From Candidatus Nomurabacteria bacterium (GTDB lineage Bacteria; Patescibacteriota; Minisyncoccia; Phycocordibacterales; UBA9973), in contig JAPLXP010000011.1 of assembly GCA_026396015.1 (NCBI GenBank), positions 15,897 to 79,896 of the forward strand: 64,000 nucleotides of DNA, given 5' to 3'. Of the stretch, positions 56,705 through 64,000 are shown in pieces. The position numbers and the translations under genes were made by a program. The notes under the pieces are model-generated. The model worked only from the letters and a program-made list of their open reading frames with translations. It did no database searches and was not told where the DNA came from. The stretch's first letter is position 1; every line of letters begins with the position of its first letter.

Positions 56705-57398
56705 GCGCTATATGCTCCAAGAGCATTTTTACCGATGAACCTGGATTGCGCAAGTATTTTTTTGCTTTAATAATCTCCCCTAGAACCCATTCTGTATTCT
56801 TATTATTTGTATCTTTTTTGAATTCCGTGAACAAATTCAGCTCGAGTGAATCTAGAATGGACTTTGCTTCAAATCTGATAGTAGCACTAGTATCTGCATC
56901 CTCTGCGGATTTCAATATCAAAGCTATCATGTCTATACGATCCTTGATGGTTGAGCTTATAAATTTTTTTGCCCAAGAATCATATTTATTGTCTTTATCT
57001 AGATATACGACATGACACCTAGATCGAATAGTCGGCAATACATTTTCTACGTCTGGTACGATTATAAAAAAGTGTGTATTCTCACCAGGCTCTTCGAGTA
57101 TTTTAAGGAGTGATTGTTCTGCTTCTCTGTTTATGAATTTTGCCCCTATGATGCAAGCGCGCTTTTTGCCTTTATATGATGCTAGGCTGTGCCACTCTTT
57201 TATCTTGTGGCCTTCATTCATATCCAGAGCTTCATACAATTCAAACATTATATCTGGATTTTCTGTATCAAAAAGATTGCGAGATATTAAATAATCTTTT
57301 AGCTCTGATGGAGAAGTAACCGGATTGCCCTGTATGATGTAGCTATGATTTAGTTGTACTGGGAATAAATCTTCAAACATAATACTATTGTACATCAC
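56694..57398 (-). CDS. holB: short DNA polymerase III delta-prime-like clamp-loader subunit
   Basis: 234 aa; LLKILEEPGENTHFFIIV...LPTIRSRC. Confidence 0.65.
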   Translation of the reverse strand: MMYNSIMFEDLFPVQLNHSYIIQGNPVTSPSELKDYLISRNLFDTENPDIMFELYEALDMNEGHKIKEWHSLASYKGKKRACIIGAKFINREAEQSLLKILEEPGENTHFFIIVPDVENVLPTIRSRCHVVYLDKDNKYDSWAKKFISSTIKDRIDMIALILKSAEDADTSATIRFEAKSILDSLELNLFTEFKKDTNNKNTEWVLGEIIKAKKYLRNPGSSVKMLLEHIALVV

Positions 57399-58239
57399 GA
57401 GGGAAAATATCTACTAATTCATTTGAATAATAGAATTCATATGCAATACCACCAAAAGTATACGATCTACCATTGATTACTATCTCTGCACCACCAACTT
57501 CTGGATTTGCTTTTGGTTGTGAATGTGAAAAACCAAGATTAAATAATGTAGATATTACTTCTGGTCTATTATCTATACTGTATCCTGCATTTTTCCATTG
57601 ATTAGATATTTGATTTATGAAAAGACCTGAATATAAGTATGAAAAATAATGATTATGTGAATCAGTTAGTCTATCCATACGTTCTGTATCTGGGTCTGAT
57701 GTTGTAAAATTTAAATCATTTTCATGATCTGCTCCAGCATAGTACACACTATTTTTATCTTTTAGATTTTCTTCTATTTGCATTGCAGTACCAGTCTTGA
57801 TACCAGCTACACCAAAAGAAAATTTTGTTCCATTACCTAGTAATTTTAACGGCTCAAAATATCTTTTAAAAGATTCACGATTTGAACTAAAAAATCTAAA
57901 TTGTTCTGGAATAACAACAGCAGCGATCATACGAGCAGGAACGCCAGATACACGACTCGCTTCGAGTATTGGCTCTTTGTCTTTAATCAATCCGTTCTTG
58001 AGAACATCCCAATCGCTTGTTGTAGTCCAATCATATTGGATATTTGTTGCTTGTGTTGTGCGAGTAATCTCATCACGAACTTTATTAAAATATTCGTTTC
58101 TGCTGTCGATACTTCCTTTTACATCTGTCAGATGAAGCTGCATTGCGATAAATACACCCGTAAAGACGAACCCAATCACAGCAAAGACGCAAAGAAAAAT
58201 AGTAAATATAAATTTAAGTACTTTTAATTTTTTGTTCAT
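57385..58239 (-). CDS. hypothetical secreted/membrane-anchored protein
   Basis: 284 aa with an N-terminal TM helix. Confidence 0.5.
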   Translation of the reverse strand: MNKKLKVLKFIFTIFLCVFAVIGFVFTGVFIAMQLHLTDVKGSIDSRNEYFNKVRDEITRTTQATNIQYDWTTTSDWDVLKNGLIKDKEPILEASRVSGVPARMIAAVVIPEQFRFFSSNRESFKRYFEPLKLLGNGTKFSFGVAGIKTGTAMQIEENLKDKNSVYYAGADHENDLNFTTSDPDTERMDRLTDSHNHYFSYLYSGLFINQISNQWKNAGYSIDNRPEVISTLFNLGFSHSQPKANPEVGGAEIVINGRSYTFGGIAYEFYYSNELVDIFPRDVQ

Positions 58240-58244
58240 ACCTT

Positions 58245-59258
58245 CTATCTTTTACTTATGATTGATTTTTTATAAGTTTCCAAGTGATTCAATGCTTCAC
58301 CTGTACCGTTGGCGACACAGAATAGTGGCTCGTCTGCTAGGCGGGCTTTGACGCCAGTCTTTCTATAAACAAGATCTGCAAGATTGCGTAGTGATGATGT
58401 ACCTCCAGTCATGATGATACCTTCGTCTATGATATCTGCAGCGAGCTCTGGTGGTGTCTCGGCGAGGACACTCTTGATAGCACCGATCATCATTTTCAAT
58501 TCTTTGTCTATCGCACCCACTATCTCATTTGTAGATATCTGAGCAGTACGAGGTAGACCTTGGATGAAATCACGGCCCTTGATTGTTATCGTCAATTCTT
58601 CTTCTAGTGGAATAGCTGCACCGATTTTGATTTTAATTTGTTCTGAAGTTCGATCTCCGATTGCTAGATTAAAAGTCTTTTTTATGTAGTCTGCTATCGC
58701 TTGGTCTATCTTGTCTCCGGCGCATTTTACAGATGTAGAAGCAACAATACCTCCGAGCGCGATCACAGCCACATCAGTAGTACCTCCGCCGATATCCATG
58801 ATCATATGACCTTTGGATTCCTGAATAGGGATACCTGCACCGATAGCAGCAAGGATTGGCTCCTTTACAACATACGCATTGCGAGCACCAGCACGCACTG
58901 CCGCCTCCACCACTGCACGACGCTCTGTAGATGTGATACCTGCGGGAACAGATACCATCACATCTGGCTTTATTAGATTGTATTTACCGAGAGCCTTGGT
59001 GATGAAATATCGGAGCATTGCCTCGGTCACCCGATAGTCAGCGATGACGCCATCCTTCATAGGGCGATAGACTATAATATTCTCAGGAGTTTTACCTATC
59101 ATGTCTTTTGCCTCGAGACCTATAGCGAGTATTGTATTATCCTGCTCAGATACAGCCACAACTGATGGCTCATTGAGCACTATTCCCTTGCCAGGCAAAT
59201 ATACGAGAGTGTTCGCAGTGCCGAGATCTATTCCAAGTTTTTTGTTGAAGATTGCCAT
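58245..59258 (-). CDS. mreB: rod shape-determining protein MreB
   Basis: Start moved to the inner Met (MAIFNKKLGIDLGTANTLVY); the 18-aa track extension looks spurious. Confidence 0.92.
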   Translation of the reverse strand: MAIFNKKLGIDLGTANTLVYLPGKGIVLNEPSVVAVSEQDNTILAIGLEAKDMIGKTPENIIVYRPMKDGVIADYRVTEAMLRYFITKALGKYNLIKPDVMVSVPAGITSTERRAVVEAAVRAGARNAYVVKEPILAAIGAGIPIQESKGHMIMDIGGGTTDVAVIALGGIVASTSVKCAGDKIDQAIADYIKKTFNLAIGDRTSEQIKIKIGAAIPLEEELTITIKGRDFIQGLPRTAQISTNEIVGAIDKELKMMIGAIKSVLAETPPELAADIIDEGIIMTGGTSSLRNLADLVYRKTGVKARLADEPLFCVANGTGEALNHLETYKKSIISKR

Positions 59259-59331
59259 TTGTGCCGTGATTATAGCATAAAAAATAAGAAAATACAGGCA
59301 TACAAATTTCAAAATATGCTAGGATATACAT

Positions 59332-61365
59332 ATGTATATATTGACTGTCATTCCGATAGACAAAGGTGTCAAAAAAGAATACCTTACATATTTCTCTGCT
59401 TCACACGTCGCTGTGGGTATGATAGTCTCTGTACCCGTCCGCTCTCGTGCAATAGATGCCCTCGTGATAGGAGTCGAGCCTGCCGAGAATCTCAAACAAG
59501 AACTCAAAGACGCAAAATTCCAACTTAAAAAAATAAACAAAGTAAAAGGTCATGCACCATTCGGAGATGCATTTTTTGAAGCTTGTACTCGACTACGAGA
59601 ATACACACTCGGCAGTACAGGTACGATTATAGACACATTACTACCTAGTGTGTTCATGGATAAATCAATAATCGAGTCCAACAATAAACGAGATGAAAAA
59701 TCAGATGATACAAATATCGACAAGAATGATCCAAAAGAAAAAGTAGAGCCAATAAATACTAAAGAAGTCAAACCCGCCGACATTTCAAGTCTTGGCGAAG
59801 CAAAGCAAGAAAAATTGATCTTTCAAGCTACATACGCAGATCGCATGGGCTGGTACAAGACATTAATACGAGAATCTTTTTCAAAAAAGGAGTCTGTATT
59901 CATATGTGTGCCGACAAGATACGATACAGAAAAATTCAAAAATATACTTTCAAAAGGTATAGAGCATTATGTGTTCACCTTTTCTCATGATCTGAACAAG
60001 AAGACAATGCTATCTAACTATCAAAAGTGTGTAAATGAGGAGCATCCAATATTGATAATAGGTACTGGCATGTTCCTATCACTGCCTCGTCATGATATCA
60101 AGACGATAATCCTCGAGCATGAGAGCTCTGATTCTTACAAGCAATTTGTCAGACCATTTATCGATACTCGTACATTTGTCGAGATATATGCATCCATCAA
60201 AAAAACAAAGTTGATATTTGGAGATACAATCTTGCGACCAGAGACACTATACAGACACGACCGAGGTGAGCTGGGCGAAGTAGCACCGCCACTATTTCGT
60301 TTTACAAATGCTGAAAAGCAAATAATCGTAGACATGAAGGAGGAAACAGACGAGACTGGAAAGAAGAGTTTTTCTGTATTGTCATCAAATGTAAAGCAGA
60401 TGATAGATATGGCACAAGAGCAAAAAGAGTCCATCTTTTTATTCTCTGTCCGCAAGGGCCTCGCTGGCGTCACCGTCTGCAATGATTGTGGTCATACATT
60501 ACTATGCCCAAATTGTACATCGCCTGTAGTTCTCTACGGTCAAAAGCAACGTTCTGCTACAAAAGAAGAAGGCGGTCGTGTATTCATGTGCAATAAATGT
60601 GGCTACAAAGAAAAGACAGAGACAAGATGTCCGATATGTACTAGCTGGAATCTCAATCCTCTGGGTGTCGGCACTGACCGTGTATATGAAGAAGTGCGAA
60701 GATTGTATCCTCACATAAATGTAATACAGATAGACAAAGAGACTACTCAGACAGATTCTGAAGCGAGAAAAGCTATCACAAAATTCTATGATACAAAAGG
60801 TAGTATTCTAATCGGTACAGAGATGGCATTCTACTATCTAAAAGACGATATATATGCGAGCGCCATCATATCTGTGGACGGATTATTCTCAATACCTAGC
60901 TTCAACATGACGCAAAAAATTCTTCACATAATAGAGAAGCTCCAAGCCATCACCAAGACAGGGCTAGTGATCCAATCCAGAATGGCAGACAATAAAATAT
61001 TAAAGAATATCCTATCTGGTAATGTGCTACCACTATATAGAGAAGACCTGGAAGAAAGAAAGATGTTCGGATACCCACCCTACAAGAAATTGGTAAAAAT
61101 AACCTTTGGAGGCACTGCTGTCCAAGGTGAAAAAGCACGTGAATATCTCAATAAAATCCTTGAAAAATATGATCCTCAGATATTCTCTGCCTTTGTCGGC
61201 AAGGTACGTGGTGAATACATCACAAACACTATAATCAAGGTAGATCCATCCCTCTGGCCTGTACCATTGAAGAATGGCCTACAAGCAGACGAGGACCTAT
61301 ACAAGAGACTATCAGCCATATCTAGCACTTTTACCCTAAATATTGACCCAGAAGACTTGCTGTAA
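59332..61365 (+). CDS. priA: primosomal protein N' (PriA helicase) with Cys4 zinc-binding motifs
   Basis: 677 aa. CNDCGHTLLCPNC ... CNKCGY ... CPICTS; diverged helicase motifs. Confidence 0.7.
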   Translation: MYILTVIPIDKGVKKEYLTYFSASHVAVGMIVSVPVRSRAIDALVIGVEPAENLKQELKDAKFQLKKINKVKGHAPFGDAFFEACTRLREYTLGSTGTIIDTLLPSVFMDKSIIESNNKRDEKSDDTNIDKNDPKEKVEPINTKEVKPADISSLGEAKQEKLIFQATYADRMGWYKTLIRESFSKKESVFICVPTRYDTEKFKNILSKGIEHYVFTFSHDLNKKTMLSNYQKCVNEEHPILIIGTGMFLSLPRHDIKTIILEHESSDSYKQFVRPFIDTRTFVEIYASIKKTKLIFGDTILRPETLYRHDRGELGEVAPPLFRFTNAEKQIIVDMKEETDETGKKSFSVLSSNVKQMIDMAQEQKESIFLFSVRKGLAGVTVCNDCGHTLLCPNCTSPVVLYGQKQRSATKEEGGRVFMCNKCGYKEKTETRCPICTSWNLNPLGVGTDRVYEEVRRLYPHINVIQIDKETTQTDSEARKAITKFYDTKGSILIGTEMAFYYLKDDIYASAIISVDGLFSIPSFNMTQKILHIIEKLQAITKTGLVIQSRMADNKILKNILSGNVLPLYREDLEERKMFGYPPYKKLVKITFGGTAVQGEKAREYLNKILEKYDPQIFSAFVGKVRGEYITNTIIKVDPSLWPVPLKNGLQADEDLYKRLSAISSTFTLNIDPEDLL

Positions 61366-61375
61366 TTAAAAATAT

Positions 61376-61642
61376 GTGATATCTTACATTAATATGATTA
61401 CAGTTGTAGAAGTAAAGAAAAATGCAAATGAGAGTGGTACAAACCTCATTCGTCGCTTCACTCGAAAGGTGCAAGAGACTGGCATAATACAAAAAGTTAA
61501 AGGCAATCGCTACAGCGAGCGCCCTGCTTCAAAGCTTACAGTTAAAAAAGCTACTTTAAAGCGTCTAGCACGCCGTAAGGAACATGAAAAGCTCCTAAAG
61601 CTCGGTAAAGCAGTCAAGATTGTACGTGGACGTCGTCGTTAA
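61376..61642 (+). CDS. rpsU: 30S ribosomal protein S21 (probably starts at the inner MITVVEV)
   Basis: IRRFTRKVQETGII ... basic C-terminus. Confidence 0.75.
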   Translation: MISYINMITVVEVKKNANESGTNLIRRFTRKVQETGIIQKVKGNRYSERPASKLTVKKATLKRLARRKEHEKLLKLGKAVKIVRGRRR

Positions 61643-61647
61643 TTTTT

Positions 61648-62031
61648 ATGATAAAAGGTTCGTTTGATATTAGCAATAAAACAAAAGGCAAGCTTCCACG
61701 CTTGCCTTTTGTCGTAATGAAAAACAAAATTCTAGGAGAGGACTATGAACTCTCTGTCGTTTGCGTATCCAAAAAAGAATCTCAAAGACTAAACAAGCAA
61801 TGGAGAGACAAAGACTATCCTACAAATATCCTCTCATTCCCCCTCACAGAAAGTTCTGGTGAGATCGTTTTGCAATTGGATATTGTAAAGAGAGATGCTC
61901 CGAATTTTGACATGAATTACACTAACTTTTTGAAATTTTTAGTTATCCACGGTTGTCTACATTTGAAAGGTTTCGAACATGGTAGTACAATGGAGAAAGA
62001 AGAAAAAAAATATTTAAAAATATTTTTATAA
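61648..62031 (+). CDS. ybeY: rRNA maturation endoribonuclease YbeY
   Basis: 127 aa; HGCLHLKGFEH metal-binding motif. Confidence 0.9.
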   Translation: MIKGSFDISNKTKGKLPRLPFVVMKNKILGEDYELSVVCVSKKESQRLNKQWRDKDYPTNILSFPLTESSGEIVLQLDIVKRDAPNFDMNYTNFLKFLVIHGCLHLKGFEHGSTMEKEEKKYLKIFL

Positions 62032-62046
62032 TCCTTCTTTTATTTC

Positions 62047-63219
62047 ATGGCAAAAAGAATATCTGTAGGTATCGACATCGGTACACATACAACACGCGTA
62101 ATAGTCCTCGAACACAAAAATGGTGAATCATCACCATCTATTTTAGGTACAGGTAGTGCACATACAGATGGAGTCAGACTCGGTTACATCACAAATATCA
62201 AACACGCTGCGGACAGTATTCGACGTGCAGTACAAAATGCAGAAAAGAATTGCGGCGAAGTAAAAATCAAAAAAGCCTATATATCTATGGGTGGTATCAG
62301 TCTACTATCTGTCACATCTATCGGTAGTGCCATAATAGGAAAAGCAGACGGAGAGATTACTCACCTAGATGTAAATAAAGCATTTGCAAATAGTGAAGAG
62401 AATTTAGAACTTCCAAATCGAAAGATTATTCAAAGTATGCCGATCCAATACAAACTAGACGGTAAAGAAATATACGGTAGACCAGAGGGTATGCGAGGTA
62501 TCAAACTAGAAGTTAAATCTCTGTATGTGACATGCTTGAAGCAAAATATTGAAGACCTCATCACAGCATGTGCCGAGGCAAATATTGAAGTTCTAGATGT
62601 AATACCATCACCAATAGCTACAGCAAATGCGATACTGAATGACAAACAAAAGAATGCAGGTAGTGCACTAGTTGATATCGGTGCCGAGACATTGTCTGTG
62701 GCAGTATTTGAAAACAACACACCGATATCTGTAGTCGTATTCCCGATCGGAGGTATGGACATCACAAAAGACGTCGCTCTATATTTCAGAATAGATATGG
62801 ACGAGGCAGAGAGTGTAAAGGTAGGTAGTCTTATAGGCAATTTTCCAAAGAAAAAACTCGACGATATAGTAGAAGCCAGAATGACAGATATCTTTGAGCT
62901 CGTAGAAAATCATTTAAAGAAGATAAAGAAAAATGGATTATTACCAGCAGGAATCATAATTGCAGGAGGAGGGTCATATATACCTAGGATAGACGAAGTA
63001 GCAAAGAGAGACTTGAGATTGCCAGCAAGAATCGGTCCAATTGATGGGAGTATAGATTCCAAATTCAAGATAAAAGATTCATCTTGGTATACAGCATTGG
63101 GACTAGCTCTATCTACTAAAAATCACAATCAATATCCAGAGGAAAATAATGTACTAAAGGGAAATTTCAAGCAATTAAAAGAAGGCTTTAAATCATTTTT
63201 AAATCAACTTTTACCATAG
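62047..63219 (+). CDS. ftsA: cell division protein FtsA
   Basis: 390 aa; ISVGIDIGTHTTRVIV. Confidence 0.85.
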   Translation: MAKRISVGIDIGTHTTRVIVLEHKNGESSPSILGTGSAHTDGVRLGYITNIKHAADSIRRAVQNAEKNCGEVKIKKAYISMGGISLLSVTSIGSAIIGKADGEITHLDVNKAFANSEENLELPNRKIIQSMPIQYKLDGKEIYGRPEGMRGIKLEVKSLYVTCLKQNIEDLITACAEANIEVLDVIPSPIATANAILNDKQKNAGSALVDIGAETLSVAVFENNTPISVVVFPIGGMDITKDVALYFRIDMDEAESVKVGSLIGNFPKKKLDDIVEARMTDIFELVENHLKKIKKNGLLPAGIIIAGGGSYIPRIDEVAKRDLRLPARIGPIDGSIDSKFKIKDSSWYTALGLALSTKNHNQYPEENNVLKGNFKQLKEGFKSFLNQLLP

Positions 63220-63249
63220 AAAAGCAAACTGTCAAAAGTTTGCTTTTTA
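63220..63249 (+). terminator. intrinsic terminator between ftsA and ftsZ (AAGCAAACT/AGTTTGCTT stem + T5)
   Basis: Direct read. Confidence 0.65.
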
Positions 63250-63345
63250 CGTGATCCCTGATACTATAGTAGGTATTCGTATGTAACCCGGAGTCCAGGG
63301 CCGCATTACAGAAATTCATATTATAAATATTAATTTATATTCAAA

Positions 63346-64000
63346 ATGCCTAAAATAAATCCAGACATAGAATCATTCGCACGAATCAAGGTTATCGGAG
63401 TTGGTGGTTCAGGAAAAAATGCACTCAATCACATGATAAATTCAAAAGTGAAAGGTGTAGAGTTCATCGTGATGAACACTGATACTCAAGATCTTCACAA
63501 CTCTCTTGCTGAAAAGAAAGTTCACCTTGGAAAAAATCTTACAAAAGGTCTTGGTGCTGGTATGAACCCAGAAGTGGGTCGCCGTGCAGCAGAAGAGACA
63601 AAAGCTGAAATTCAAGATGTGATCAAAGGTGCAGACATGGTATTCATCGCTTGCGGTATGGGAGGTGGTACTGGTACAGGTGCCGCTCCAATCGTAGCTC
63701 AAGCTGCAAAAGAACAAGGAATACTAACTGTAGCCGTAGTCACAAAACCATTCTCCTTCGAGGGAAACCAAAGAATGAAATTAGCTGACATGGGTCTAGC
63801 TGAACTAGAAAGAGAGGTGGATGCAATCCTAGTTATCCCAAATGACCGATTGCTCGTTATATCAGGCAAGGACGTAGGATTCAGACAAGCATTTGCAATG
63901 TGTGATGAAGTGCTAAAACAAGCAGTAGAAGGCATCTCAGAGCTCATTACGACCCCTGGTACGATCAACGTAGACTTTGCTGATATCAAGGCTGTCATGT
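63346..64000 (+). CDS. ftsZ: cell division protein FtsZ; the 3' end lies beyond the window, so it is not in the ORF track
   Basis: Hand translation from ATG 63346: MPKINPDIESFARIKVIGVGGSGKNALNHM...GGGTGTGAAP... Confidence 0.9.
   Translation, partial: MPKINPDIESFARIKVIGVGGSGKNALNHMINSKVKGVEFIVMNTDTQDLHNSLAEKKVHLGKNLTKGLGAGMNPEVGRRAAEETKAEIQDVIKGADMVFIACGMGGGTGTGAAPIVAQAAKEQGILTVAVVTKPFSFEGNQRMKLADMGLAELEREVDAILVIPNDRLLVISGKDVGFRQAFAMCDEVLKQAVEGISELITTPGTINVDFADIKAVM

Noticed and set aside
59259-59312. An 18-aa N-terminal extension of mreB (MKFVCLYFLIFYAIITAQ).
   Set aside because: MreB homologues begin near ...FNKKLGIDLGT. The extension is hydrophobic and reaches into the divergent priA promoter region. 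The inner Met is the more plausible start.

Overview
The window is AT-rich and streamlined. Genes are small, AlaS lacks the C-Ala domain, several type-IV-pilus-like and HARE-HTH proteins are present, and the standard genetic code is used. This is consistent with a Patescibacteria/CPR-like bacterium, but that is an inference. Nothing was run: every homology call below rests on motifs read by eye from the supplied translations.

The window falls into two parts.

Part 1, 1-27 kb, + strand: the right part of a tailed-phage-like integrated element (prophage), organised as follows.
- Structural and lysis genes run from a portal-MuF fusion to an endolysin. They include an HK97-type prohead protease and capsid, head-tail and tail genes, and a tail chaperone pair that ends in a classic -1 slippery heptamer A_AAT_TTA directly before the tape-measure gene. 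After these come a Gly-rich fibre, a holin and an amidase endolysin.
- A cargo island lies between the lysis module and a tyrosine integrase. It carries a class II Fic AMPylator, a type III R-M pair (Mod+Res), and a two-gene putative defence module: a 931-aa PHP-phosphoesterase fused to an SbcC/SMC-like coiled-coil ABC ATPase, followed 14 bp later by a Cas4/RecB-like PD-(D/E)XK nuclease. A 51-aa hyper-acidic protein follows.
- The integrase is flanked by four same-strand copies of the 9-mer TGTGGGAGT.

Part 2, 27-64 kb: the core genome, mostly on the - strand.
- FAD flavoprotein, PLP decarboxylase, dnaJ and dnaK.
- A 2.4-kb insertion separating dnaK from grpE. It holds two ultra-AT-rich genes, a PaaX-like wHTH regulator and a hypothetical, with a 16-bp perfect palindrome in the divergent promoter region.
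- rpsI, rplM, rplQ, rpoA, rpsD, rpsK, rpsM, rpmJ (absent from the ORF track) and infA.
- Pilus-like genes, alaS, an MgtC-family protein, mnmA, an RlmI-like methyltransferase, mltG, a small prepilin-like ORF plus a 436-aa unknown, a sigma-r4/HARE-HTH protein, typA, rseP, frr, a holB-like gene and mreB.
- On the + strand at the end: priA, rpsU, ybeY, ftsA and a partial ftsZ.

Other points worth a second look:
- A family of GC-rich palindromic mini-elements sits in frame inside three unrelated genes (the PaaX-like gene, alaS and mnmA). Two copies share about 40 bp at roughly 90% identity. They resemble Rickettsia palindromic elements.
- A 20-bp motif recurs in two intergenic regions.
- There are numerous intrinsic-terminator hairpins.
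- No rRNA, tRNA or CRISPR array was found.
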